Assembly: GCA_032718475.1 (NCBI GenBank)
Contig: JAUCBJ010007828.1
Span: 1 to 48,955, forward strand
Reading direction: 5' to 3'
Source: Nemertoderma westbladi
Taxonomy: Eukaryota; Animalia; Xenacoelomorpha
DNA length: 48,955 nucleotides
Made by a program: the position numbers and the translations under genes. The notes beneath the pieces were generated by a model. The model saw nothing but the letters and a program-made list of their open reading frames with translations, made no database searches and was not told the origin of the DNA. This document shows, piece after piece, positions 1-11,731 of the stretch. Numbering within the stretch: the first letter of the stretch is position 1; the number at the start of each line of letters is the position of its first letter.

Positions 1-464
1 AAACGCTATTCTATAAAGATCAAAAAAGAAACCTGCGTTTGTTCAGATAAACGTAAGTTATAACAGTAAGTCCAATCGATAAACGAATTGGCCTTATCTC
101 AGTTCGATTGGGAAACCTCGAATCTCAAAGAAGATATCAAGCTTAGAAAACCCTATTCTCTGCGAGAGTTTTGGACGAACGTATCCCATGACAAGCGGAG
201 GAAAATCAGCTCGAGGAGAAGCATATCGAAATGGACGAGACACCGACCGTAAACCCAAACCTTCTAATGCAATCATATCGCACCCTTCACCCAGGAGTTA
301 TGGCCCTCCTAGTAAAGTGGCTTCCCCCAAAGAGAAAATGACTCTTGCTAGCTTTAAAAAACTGCGTAAACGCCGTCCGCGCAAGAAAGACTAACTGTTT
401 AGAGTATTTATGTATATTAGAAATTGTGATTTTGTATATTTTATAGACTTAAATCCCATTTTCT

Positions 465-1740
465 GGGAGCGGTGTAAAAGCTTTTGTGGGATAACTGATT
501 CGTTTGCCTTGTTGGCCAGTTCCCCCCCGGTCGCTAGAATACTCTAAAGGGATCTATAGCTAAAAATAGTGCAAGCTACCAGCTTATTGGCTGATTTGCT
601 GTACGCAGGTATCTGGGCTCTGTTTAATCGGCCAATCAGCCTAGGGAGGTTGCGTCATAGCCTTGTTTTTGTATCTCCCAATAGAATTTGAGTTAGCCTT
701 GATTTTGACCTATCACAGAGCTACTGAACTGAAATTTTCCTATCTCACTGCTCTTTCTCTGTGTTGAACGGGAGCTTCGTGGAATAAGGGTAGTTGGTAT
801 CCTCGTATAGAGTAGTAGTCACGAGTTTTTCAAAGCCACGAAAGAACGGCTTTGTCGTGTTTTATGCTTTCTGCTTTTTAGCTCAACACTAGTAGGTTTA
901 ATTATAAGGACATATATCCTTTAACGCATTTGACACACCGTACCACACGGCTTTTAATAACTGACGTATAACTGCTGAAACTGCTAAAATTACCTGCTCA
1001 ATCGATACTGTATACTGCTATTTGTTGTCGGTTATTCATTATATTTGTTGATGAATTATTATATTGGAATAACGAGAAATAACCCCGAAACCCAATATTC
1101 TTGATATACCGAAGGTAAGAGAGAAAGGTTACCAATAACGATTGTGACTTATGTTAAAGTGGTTTGAAGTGAATCTAATGTTATTTGATAGACCCTACAT
1201 GAGTCAGTCTGTGTTCCTTTTATATGTGACTAAAATCAGTGAAGATTGGCAGATTAGTGTGCAGTATTGTGCAGCATTGTGTATGAGTGAGTCTGTTAAA
1301 GAAGCAATTCCTAAAGAATGCGCCATATATGTGAATTATAATTAAGCCATATCGTTGTGAGTAGTTTAAGTCATAACTCTGTTTATATAGATAAAGCGCC
1401 ACGTCCTAAAGGAACTGTTAATATTACCGAAGGTGAATAATATTGTCAGAGATTATATAATACTGTCAGTCGAATAATACATTAGGCTTACATAGCAATA
1501 AAATTAAACCGTCGAACCCAATCTCCCGGGAATATCCAGCGGGTGAATGATCGCGCACAGATTGGTTTCGACTAGTGTAGTGAATCAAATACTTGTCATA
1601 GGCTAAAAAGCGATTTAATATCTAGAAGACATCTTAATTTGGCGGATTAAACTGCCAAAGATCTGAAAGCGCGAACACATTCAATCTTTAGCTACAAGCG
1701 TTTAAAAAAAGTGTCTCCAGCGATATTACACCAGTTACAC
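465..1740 (+). mobile_element. Probable PPT and 3' LTR of a second LTR retrotransposon whose body lies upstream of the window; right boundary uncertain (candidates 1696, 1730, 1739)
   Basis: GGGAGCGG (465-472) directly followed by TGTAAAAG at 473. The same GGAGCGG|TGT junction forms the PPT/3'-LTR border of the BEL element at 5181-5187 (minus). The partner LTR is outside the window. Confidence 0.45.
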
Positions 1741-1920
1741 CGCAGTTATTCTTCTGCCTTATAGCTGTTTGTTGGTACCAATGGAAAGCTGGCCATGCAA
1801 GGATTCCAAATATGTAACAAAATTTGAATTTCGTTGAAAAATAGATGAGATATGAGCGTTCAAATGTTGCATGGTTATGCACCGGCGTGAGGCTATTATA
1901 TTCTATTTAATGAGTCTGTA

Positions 1921-2996
1921 CTCCCAGATATTCCCATTGGCGATATCTCCTTTGCAGAAGTGAAGGCTGCTGCAAAGAGCATTAAGACCAATCGTGCCAG
2001 TGGAGTAGATGGTGTTCCCCCTGAGGTCTTTAAAATACCTGAGTGTTTAAAGCTCATCTATCCCATCATAGTAGACATGTACCGAACAACAAGAGTCCCA
2101 CAAGAAATGAAAACAAATAAGTTGGTGCCAGTTCTCAAGAAGGGCAACCTAACACTCTATGGTTCTTTTCGGGGAATCTCATTGATCTCAATGCATAAAG
2201 CTATAATTCAAAGCTGCAAAGCTATACAATAGAATTATATTAAATCGCATCAGGGATCCCATTGAGAGACTGCTCCGTGGAAATCAGAAGGGGTTCCGTA
2301 AAGGTCGTGGGACCATGGAACCCATTTTGGCACTTAGAAGGATAATTGAAGAGTTATCAAAAAAGAAACACAGGCATCTGGCTGTTATCTTTGTTGACTT
2401 CTTCAAGGCCTTTGATTCAGTCTCCCGCTCACGTATTTTCAGCATACTTTCATTATATGGGATTCGTGATGAAATTATTGCAGCAATCAGATCAGTATAC
2501 GATGGTTCGACAACATTTGTGTCTACTGTTGATGGTGACACAGAACTATTTATGGGGCGTCCTCCAAGGAGACACACTTGCACCATTCTTGTTCATTATT
2601 GTGGTTGACTATGTTCTACGCATGTCCTTAGCTCATCATAATGATGATGGGGTGATGATAACTCCACCTACTGGCTCCAGAAGTCGAGGAAATCCTGCCA
2701 AGTACCTAACTGATCTAGATTTTGCTGATGACTTAGGAGTACTCTCAGAATCACTAGAGGGAGCCCAACGGCTCCTCAGCTCATTAGAACATGCTGCTTC
2801 TAGTATTGGTCTTTTTATTAACTCCAGAAAGACCAACATTTTGACAGTTAACTTTGAAAGTCCTCAACAAGTCTCTGATCGGATGAGCATAAGCTCAAAG
2901 GATGGTATGCTTGAGCATGTAGACGACTTCTGTTACCTGGGTTCATGGATCCGGAAGTCAGGTGAGGACCTTCGAATACGTAAGGGAAAGGCATGG
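1921..2996 (+). pseudogene. RTE-clade non-LTR retrotransposon (family A), RT 5' part, frameshifted and interrupted by the LTR element
   Basis: Overlapping ORFs with ASGVDGVPPE, KKGNL..FRGISL, FVDFFKAFDSV, GVLQGDTLAPFLF, DLDFADDL, FCYLGS. The frame ..KGKAW continues as AALNMLSRIW after 21126. Confidence 0.9.
2992..2996. repeat. Left 5-bp target-site duplication CATGG of the LTR element
   Basis: CATGG immediately before TGATAAAC (2997) and again at 21122-21126 immediately after ..CGTAACA. Confidence 0.95.
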
Positions 2997-5180
2997 TGAT
3001 AAACAACCGCGACCTCTATACTAACAGCAGAACTGTTGAACAGACCAATACCCGTTAATATCCTTCTGCCAACCTACTGTAATAAGTTCTCGTCTAACCA
3101 ATAAGACACAAAGACTGCTCTACTGTTAAGTAAAGGGGCTCAGGAGCGTGATATTACTAAATTGTAAGGGTTGCTAAATACAAACCGCTACTTACCGTTA
3201 GATGGCGCTAATCTGCCGTCCGCTAATATATTTACTAATTTTACACAACTCCTGCAAAATCGCTTGTTCCTTTCTCTACCGATTGCTCAATAGAGAGCTA
3301 ACTGTTCGAATCTATGAGCCACGCAGGAATAACCAAAACAATAAACCCGATTCGGCTCCCTAAGCTTACTTAAGACGAGTGCGAGAGGCCTTGCACTCAG
3401 AGTATTCTTACGCCTAATTCTATCACTTATTAAAGCACGCTATTACCTACGTCTTTCTAATCGCGAATACTGGGGTTTCTCTAACGTAATGTGTGGATGC
3501 GAGAATATTTAAATATCAAAAATGGTACAGTAATTGTCTCTCGTGGATAGTACCACTCTGGGTCTAAAATTGCCTGCAGCTGGCTTTAGGCCAGCAAATC
3601 ACTAGCGTTTCGTGCGTACCGAATAGTGCGTTCTAGCTGATTGCCCGCTAATGCGAATAACCGCTTAGCGTGAATAGTTTACAGTACTCTAATTATTACT
3701 TTAGCTACTCTCCGCTATGCTGCGTACTAATTCTTAATTTTTTACTAATCAATTACAGTCACAAATATTTAACAGCGTACTAATTACTAAGAGTTCCAGA
3801 ATACGTAATTCTAATTTATCACGCAACAGGTTTCGCTAGTAATAGCCTAAATTGCCGTATTACTTTGACCTAATCAGTAACTAATTATTGTAACTAAGAA
3901 ATAGAAATCAATCAAAAGAAAAAGAGCGCCTATCTAAGCATTCGTAATCATAGGCACACTTCAGTAACACACCAATCAGCATCAGCAATCACAGTTCGCA
4001 ATTATGCAGTTAACTACTGTATAGCCCACAATTATGCGACTCACTATTCGTACTACACGCTCAACGTTCGAAACGTTGTGATACGTGCAGGCCTCTCCCG
4101 GGTACATATAGGACTCCTAACTAACCTGATTCCCGCCCCCCTAATACTAAATAGAGACGAAACCTGGATCATCAGCCCCCTAACTACTGTACCGGCGATT
4201 GGTCTGCGTACCACAGCGTTAACTTCCCGACCGCAACGGTGACCCCACGCCAGCGTTGCTCGCTTTGAATCCTCCGCTCTCCCTTAGTCGCCCAACCCCC
4301 CGATGTGCCCACCGCCCGCTGGCGCCTTAGCCCTCCATTACGCTAATAGCTACCGTAGCGGCGCATGCAAATCACAAAGTCTGACAGTCTCAGGAATCCC
4401 TTGGGATTATTGCGCAGAAAGGAATCACATAGAACCATCAATCAAAGGTAGAAATCATAGTTCGATTGTAATTTGCAGTAATCGAAGGAATTATTGAGAA
4501 ACACAAGCAAAGTAATCGCACTAGCAAATCATTCCAAAAAATTAATCAAATTAGCAAATTGCAGAAAATACGATATCCTAATACAAATTAGAGACAGCTC
4601 AGCAAGTAAATTGTAACAGGGGTGTGTCATGTGAGTGAGAGATTGATGACAGGCTCTACCGGCACACCGCCAATTTATAGGTGATCCGGGTGGGATGATG
4701 CAATAGGGTGACTCAATCGCTCTCCTATTGGCTCTCCAGTCCATGCTAGCATTAGACCAACCTGGAAGCAGTTAATCCAATAAGGAGGCCGGATTGTAGC
4801 CCTATGCCCTCAAATTATTACCATATATGGTAATGGATCACGTCTCTGGCTGCTGAATGGCCAGGACGGCGTCCCTATATGCTAGCCCTATCAAACTAAT
4901 ATCAGCAAGCACAAAATCCAGGGTCCGAGTAAACTCGCTACCCTGGAACTATCTATATATATCCTAATACAAAATTACGTAGGTAGGGCTACATACTATA
5001 CAAAATGAATGGATGCAAATATATGGGCGTTTTAACTTCCTTACCTAAATGTCACCACACTGCGCCTTATCTAAATAATTATACTGCACAACGGACTAAT
5101 ATTACGTACAGTATAACGGACTAATATTGCATACTGCATAATGGACTAATACTGTGGATACAGCGCCATATACCGTAACA
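2997..5180 (-). repeat. 3' LTR (2184 bp)
   Basis: Direct repeat of 18951-21121. Differences seen by eye: an 8-bp and a 5-bp indel near 3030-3080 and one substitution near 3496. Confidence 0.97.
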
Positions 5181-5187
5181 CCGCTCC
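5181..5187 (-). other. Short polypurine tract (GGAGCGG) abutting the 3' LTR
   Basis: Minus strand reads CCCTTGGAGCGG|TGTTACGG. Confidence 0.7.
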
Positions 5188-6076
5188 AAGGGAAATCATA
5201 TAATGTTTCCCTCCAATTGTAGAAGAGTATAAGGTGATGTATACAAAACAAAATAAATTTCTTCCAACCAATCTAAATAACATAATAATTCTACTATTTA
5301 CAAATATTGCCATAGATATTGCATAATGAATTACATACAAATTAAATTTACAAAATATTATCTCTCTCACTGTTTAACGATTATTACATACAAATTAAAT
5401 TTACAAAATATTGTTTCTCGTTCATTCTTACTACATAATGATTACTACATACAAAATCAAATATAAAATTTTGCTAGGGTAAGTGAAAGGAGTAAGCCAA
5501 ACCCGCAGGTTTGTCTCCCCAATCACTTCCTTCGCCTCTTTCATAATATAAATTCAAATAACTCAACTAGTGTATATGAGTCTAGTCGAAAATTTTCAAA
5601 TGCTACAATATACATCAGAGCGACGATGATGTATATATCTAGAGTCTGTCGCCCTGTGCCATAATGTATTATCGACCCGCTCCTGGGTTCTTTGGGCTCG
5701 CTCCTCTCTTTCGCCCCCTTCCCAGATACACTAATCTACCTCTAGTCGACTCCGTTGACGGCGTCCGTGAGGCGTCACTCCCCGGAACCGACGACGACGT
5801 TCCCTGAGCCCCGACAGATTCTCGGCTCGAACTTCTCCCTCGGCCTCGTCCCAATTGTCGCGCTCCCGTGGTCGCTTCCGCCAACTCTTCCTTCTGCAGT
5901 TGCACACGCGCTTTCTCAGACGCCCCCTGCGCCTTGCGCTGCAACCGTTGAGCTTCTATAATTGAATGATAGTGATCGTCCTTGACTTGACGCTTGTCTT
6001 GGACCCCTCCTCCTGGTTCCTTCCGCGAGCCTTGAGCTCCAGCGGTCGTCGCTGTGGTCGCTGCGATCCTTTGTTC

Positions 6077-9000
6077 CTATATCCTCTCGGCGGTCAATGA
6101 ACCCACTGGCACATGAGTCAACAAGAATTCGTTGCGGTATTGTATAGCCGCCATCCTCCAATCACCTCGCGCGCGTACCACTTTTCTAGTCTCCGTAAAT
6201 ACACCCTTCGTGATGCGATCGCAAATAGCAACGAAGTTCCATGTATACTTATTGTCCATGTTCAATTGTCTGAAGTATTCTCGGACTACGATAACTCCAG
6301 TGTTCTGTGGAAGGTCTTGAGCAGTTAGGATGAGCTCCTGATATTGTGGTAGCGATTGAAGATATGGCTCGTACGCAACATGCGATGGGTCTACCGCCCA
6401 AAACCCATATCCCGCTTTAAATGGTAACCAACGCATCTGCGCTTGAATATGGTAATCCGCCACACTCTCCCACTTATCTAACATCTCCCGAAGTAGGTTA
6501 GTGCTATGGTTTTGAAAGGAATCATCTCGCAGCTGACATCTCGCGCTACGATGTCCTTTTACTCCACAATATCCACATTGAGAAATGAAGACGGTGCACG
6601 TGTGAAACGAATGGTCGGTCTCATTACACCAACGACAGACCTTATGCGCCGCCTCTATTACCGCGTCGCACGACTTTAGATTGTGCCTTGTGCTGCCGCA
6701 CAATTTGCACCTACGCGCTTGTGGAAACCAGGCCCTCTCGTATATGAGGTCTCCAATCGGTTTCGCACTTCCTTCCTTCCCAATGTCTAATACGATGTCG
6801 TCCTCTCTGGTCAACGGTTGTCGATCCGGAACAAAGTAAACATCCTCGCCCTTGTCCTCTATCTCCAATATTTCCTCCCGCGTTCGTTTCGGATATGTCT
6901 TCTCCACCGGAAGATCTACTCCGAACACCTCTACTAACGTTTCCGGCCAGCCCTCCTTAACAGGTCTATCAGCCTCCGAGTGGAAGGGAGTACCAAAACC
7001 GCGGGTTTGATTCCCGAACCACTTCTCCAAAGCTTCTGGCGTCGGATATTCCATCGACGGTCGGTCTCCCAAATCTCCGATGTTCTGTCGATATACTCCT
7101 TCAAATATCGCTAATCCTCTCCTCACCATCGACGTATTCTCTAACGATTGGTTGAAGAACGGGGTTAAGAAACGCTTCATCACGTCGGATTGGATTCCCC
7201 CTTTCGAGCGAACGTATTGATCTCCTCCGAATACCAATGGATGACGCTTCAAAACTCGCGCAACGATATCCGCTAATAAACAAGTCACCGTGTTCGACTC
7301 AAGCACCAAATAATATTGTAGCGACGCACGGGGTGGCGCGCAAATGTTCCAATACACTAACGCTTGCCGCTTGAAGTGGGATTTGAACTCCGCTCCCGGT
7401 GGCGTGTTGTATTCGCCATACGCCTCCTCGTACTTCTTCTGCGTCTTCAACTTAAAGTCCCAATTATACAACAAGTGTGCTATAAAGCCCATACCAGTCT
7501 TGGCAGAGTTGGGATACTCCCTATAAATTCCAATATCCTGTGCCCATAGCAACAATAGCTTGGTGTCGACAAACGGTCTCGGCAATCTATCTTCCAGATC
7601 AGTCATGGCGTTGAAGTCGCTCTCCAAATCGCTCTGGACTCCCGATCCCACCTTGACGTAATCTTGGTTGAGAATAGCCTCTCTAACTTTCTTGGGTAAC
7701 ATCCTGGCGTCGATACGCTCCGCTCCGTGCATACCTCCTCGCCTGCATACCTCCAAAATCTGTTCCCTAGGATCCTTCCCCTTCCGATATTGTGTCGTTA
7801 TGATGGGCTCCGGTCTCTCTCGATCCGCCCTCACACGCATAAACACATGAGTCACACCATCGGCCGCACGAATTTGAATACACTTGCTGGTCAAACATTC
7901 CTGATGGGACCCTCCTTCATTGTCGTAGAACATCACTCTCCAATCCTGCAGTGATTCCTCCGTTTTCCTCCACTGACGCTGAATCTCATCTGATGGGGTC
8001 CACATGCGCTCGATCGCCTTGTGGTCATCATATCGGGTATAAGAACCCTTCCTCCTCAGCCACGTCTGGTCTACCTCCTCGTCGTCTGGGAATGTAGCCA
8101 CCGCGACCCATACCTTGATGTACTTATCCAACCATCCGAATAGCTTACTCTCCTTCCCCGGAGCTCCAATCTTGTCCAAAGTGTCATAATCTGTGATCTG
8201 CATTGGGACATCACGCAAGAACTTCGCGCATAAAACTTCCCGTAGACAGTCAACGTTCCAATGGTCCGCCATTCTTACCATCGGCAAGAATCGTATCGCT
8301 TCTCGCGACTCCGGATGATCTACTAATATCGCAGGTTCGGTGCCGTCGGAATAATACACCGGTCCGGGTTGAGATACGACCTGTGGAACAAATCCGGTCA
8401 CTCTCCTCGTCTCCTCTTGATGTCTATCCGCGGTCTTATTATACTCCGCTATCCTGTTCTCAAATAACTCTTTCGCCTTCGCCGCTCGCTCCTCCTGCCG
8501 CAACGCGTCTATGTCGTCCTGATGCTCAGGCGTGAGGCTTCTCACTCGGTGAGGTGAAGTAAACGTAGTCCAGGGACTCGAGAGCTCCAAACCCGCGGGT
8601 TTGGTACCCGAGTCCCGCGCCGCTTCGCGCCGCGCCTCTAGATCCTTGTAGGCTCGGTACAGCGAAATGGCCGCTGCCGTCTCTATCAAACTAGGTGTCG
8701 AACAGGGTTTAATCTCCGTATACGGATCTAATGTCGTAACGGTCGGCGTAATGGGTCTCGGAGGTCGCTTTCCGCTGAAGTCGATACTGATCATCGGGTT
8801 GCTCATCGGGTAACCTCCCTCGTTGTATCTAAGGAATTGGTGAGCTGGACATCGCGTTAATATCGGTTCCGGATGTTGCTCGTCTAGTCGGTCGGGAATC
8901 GCCACGTCCTGTTTATTCATGCATTCACCACACTTGTAGAAGAGCTTGTATACGCTGAAGACTTTCGGCGTCTCCTGATCCTCGCCTCGAGTCCTCCGAT

Positions 9001-9376
9001 ACAGGTGCATTCCGTCGAACTGGTCTCGGACTGCAGGTAGAGGCTCCTCGTGTCGTAAATACATATTCATATGGTATAGTCGTGCGATTTCCTCGTCCGG
9101 ATCTGCGCTAATGTCGCACACGTCCAAAGCGAAGTCGTAGGGATACCGCGTGCGATACTCTCTCCGCAAAACTTCCATCCGGTCCCCCAACGCTCTCATT
9201 CTTTCTCTCCGTAATTCTTTATCATAACTTGGTTTGTACTTCCCGTTCAGCTCCATCACGGACCGCCCATGGTAGTAAACGTTAGAGTCTTTACATCCCG
9301 GTCGCGCGAATGGTAGCTCCGCCTCCTCTCTGGCAGTAAATCCTCTGCGCGGTTGCGCTCTAATATCCCTCTCCAT
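6077..9376 (-). CDS. Extra ORF in env position: DEDDy-type 3'-5' exonuclease domain plus three CCHC zinc knuckles; frame stays open past an in-frame TAG to 5669
   Basis: 1099-aa ORF. ExoI FYDNEG (~7914-7930), CIQIR, LPKKVREAILNQDYVKVGSGVQSDL (ExoII, ~7622-7700), FVDTKLL, QYYLVLE (ExoIII-like, ~7297-7318). Knuckles CKLCGSTRHNLKSC, CRWCNETDHSFHTC, CGYCGVKGHRSARC (~6537-6710). No signal peptide or TM helix evident. Confidence 0.8.
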   Translation of the reverse strand: MERDIRAQPRRGFTAREEAELPFARPGCKDSNVYYHGRSVMELNGKYKPSYDKELRRERMRALGDRMEVLRREYRTRYPYDFALDVCDISADPDEEIARLYHMNMYLRHEEPLPAVRDQFDGMHLYRRTRGEDQETPKVFSVYKLFYKCGECMNKQDVAIPDRLDEQHPEPILTRCPAHQFLRYNEGGYPMSNPMISIDFSGKRPPRPITPTVTTLDPYTEIKPCSTPSLIETAAAISLYRAYKDLEARREAARDSGTKPAGLELSSPWTTFTSPHRVRSLTPEHQDDIDALRQEERAAKAKELFENRIAEYNKTADRHQEETRRVTGFVPQVVSQPGPVYYSDGTEPAILVDHPESREAIRFLPMVRMADHWNVDCLREVLCAKFLRDVPMQITDYDTLDKIGAPGKESKLFGWLDKYIKVWVAVATFPDDEEVDQTWLRRKGSYTRYDDHKAIERMWTPSDEIQRQWRKTEESLQDWRVMFYDNEGGSHQECLTSKCIQIRAADGVTHVFMRVRADRERPEPIITTQYRKGKDPREQILEVCRRGGMHGAERIDARMLPKKVREAILNQDYVKVGSGVQSDLESDFNAMTDLEDRLPRPFVDTKLLLLWAQDIGIYREYPNSAKTGMGFIAHLLYNWDFKLKTQKKYEEAYGEYNTPPGAEFKSHFKRQALVYWNICAPPRASLQYYLVLESNTVTCLLADIVARVLKRHPLVFGGDQYVRSKGGIQSDVMKRFLTPFFNQSLENTSMVRRGLAIFEGVYRQNIGDLGDRPSMEYPTPEALEKWFGNQTRGFGTPFHSEADRPVKEGWPETLVEVFGVDLPVEKTYPKRTREEILEIEDKGEDVYFVPDRQPLTREDDIVLDIGKEGSAKPIGDLIYERAWFPQARRCKLCGSTRHNLKSCDAVIEAAHKVCRWCNETDHSFHTCTVFISQCGYCGVKGHRSARCQLRDDSFQNHSTNLLREMLDKWESVADYHIQAQMRWLPFKAGYGFWAVDPSHVAYEPYLQSLPQYQELILTAQDLPQNTGVIVVREYFRQLNMDNKYTWNFVAICDRITKGVFTETRKVVRARGDWRMAAIQYRNEFLLTHVPVGSLTAERI

Positions 9377-10131
9377 TATATTATGCGTATATACATATAT
9401 ATATATCCCAATAAGTGCCGTTACGTAACCAACTACACTGTGGGTAAATCAGTTAGATGTCGCCGAAAGACAGACCTCCCGAACCCCCCCGCCTTCCAGC
9501 AGTTCAGGTTCGACTCTCTAGATCCCGTCTCTTCCTAACTAACTATCCTCTAACCTATTCCCATGCATAGCGCAAAACTTTGGAGATAAACTGGCCGTGA
9601 CCAACTCACTTTTTGATGCCCAAACTACTCCCATTACTCGTACTAAACTACAGTAGTTAGAAAGGACCATAGCCACAATACTCGACTATACCAAACCCAC
9701 AGGTTTGATAATCGAACATCACACATCCTGCAAACTACTGAGTGGGGTCCATGTACGCCTCTGGTGCTACTAACCTTTAGCACCTTAGTTGTACTGTTGG
9801 CACCAATCTGTGGAAGTTGCTAAACTCAATTTACACTCCTACGTAATATAGCCGTCACCATGGTTTCTAAATGCTATTTTCCAGGCTTCACGACTTTCAA
9901 ATTACTGTTATCTATAGACGAATTCTAAAACGCGTCTATACACAGCGTCTGGAATTGTCTTGGGTTCACTTCTAATTTTTAAAATTTTCTAATTTTCCAA
10001 AAATTTTGAAAATAAAATTTTGTTTTGATACCCACCAGACAAAACTCAACGCAAATCACCACAACCCCGCTCCTATGCATCTCCTTGTATTTGCATACGA
10101 GGAATGCATATGAAGTGAGTTGCGTCCAACA

Positions 10132-11731
10132 CTAACTCTGTTTTGAGGCAGGAGACAAATTATAATCTCCCGTCTCGATACGTGTCTCCTCTAATAACAC
10201 AATATCTTGGACCGGTCGGTCCAAGGTGTGTAAACCATTAGTTTTACACCTTTTTGGGTGCGGACACTTGCACCTAATTTTCACAGTGACTGTGCGCACT
10301 ATGTTTTGCACGTCTGGGTGTGTGTGCAAGATCACTCCCGTCTCCCAATACTTTCTCTTGACAATGGGTTCGGTTATCAACACGTAATCTCCCCTTTGGA
10401 GACTCCGAACCGTCTTGTACCACTTTGTTCTGGTGGATATGGTGGGAAGATAGAATGAATCGCTGTCTCGCTGCCGACAAACAGTGTAACTTTCCCGCGT
10501 GATGCAACCTCTTGTGTATATCCCATAGAATCGCTCTTTGCAATTCTATCGGGTAACTAGGGATTATCACTGGGAACCGAAACTGTGAGTTTATGTCGAC
10601 AGTCTGGATTCTCGATCTATGACAAATCAAACCCTTATGGATTAATGGACTCCATTTTCTAAGGGGTTTATAGAGAACTGGTCGTTGAGCCGATAATAGA
10701 TGGAATTCTTTTGGGAAGGCACACATTTGATAATGCTTCAAATGCTTTAATTCCGCTTGATCAATCTCATCCTCTGTCAGAGGTTGTTTCAATTTCCGAA
10801 TTCGCTCACTATTGGTGCTCAATGGTTCTCTCGAATGTTTCGAATGTTTTAAACAAAGGTACGAAACGTATCGGCTTAACCACGCAGTTCTTTTACAAAT
10901 TGTCAGCCAAGAGGCAGACGAATTTAGTAATTTGTCATAAACACTGCGTGACTCTAATGCCAGCGACGGTTGTCCGCTAACTAATGGAAGTTTTGAATCC
11001 AAACCCGCAGGTTTGGAAACCAAAGGCTCCATTGTGTCGGTCATTTTCTGTCCGTCACTTACCAATTGTGACTGTCGTCTAGTCTGTAAGGGTGGTTTTA
11101 TGTCATAACTTACCCTTCCTGACCTAGTAGTCACGTAAGTCTGTTGATCTGACAGGTCTCCAGGCCGCTCCAATGACTCTTCAGGCCGCTCCAATGACTC
11201 TTCAGGCCGCTCCAATGACTTAAGTTTGGCTTTAGACTTCGACTTAGAGACTTTCTCCACTTTGACTTCTGCATCTTCAGGCATCGGATTGGTCACTATC
11301 TTTAGTCGCTCTGGCCAATGTTCCTGTGTCCTTGTTAGAAAATCAGGTCCATGCAACCAAAACTCCTGCGACTCTTCCCGACAGAATTCCGCCGGCATTG
11401 CACCTCTCGAAGTTATGTCGGCCGGGTTCAACACTCCCGGACAATGTCTCCATTGTTCCTTCGTCGAAAAATCAACGATCTGAGCGCGTCTATTGGCCAC
11501 AAATGTCTTTAGTGCAATATTGTCGGCCGCAATGTATACTAACACCAAGGATGCGTCCGTCCAATAGAATAAGGTCAATGTCGTGTCTAACTCCTCAATT
11601 ATTTGCTTACTTACCTCGACCGAAACTACAGCCGCCTGTAACTCTGCACGAGGGACAGTCATGTATTTGACCGGCATTGTCTTTGATCTAGAAGTCACAA
11701 AGGCCGTCTCAAATTTGTCCTGACTTACCTC
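10132..11731 (-). pseudogene. pol 3' part: RNase H C-terminus, tether, integrase N-terminal HH motif, then frameshifting deletion of the integrase core, then DUF5641-like C-terminus
   Basis: In frame with gag-pol after the TGA at 11732-11734. IHKRLHHAG..ARQRF jumps at ~10457 to FYLPTISTRTKW..GDYVLI..W..G..VRTVTVK..RPVQDIVLL in another frame. No CxxC or DDE core present. Confidence 0.88.

Noticed and set aside
4303-4744. Short ORFs duplicated at 20244-20685
   Set aside because: Identical only because they lie in the LTRs; no coding hallmarks.
6077-9376. Extra ORF as an env glycoprotein
   Set aside because: No signal peptide, TM anchor or Cys-rich ectodomain; motifs indicate an exonuclease and zinc knuckles.
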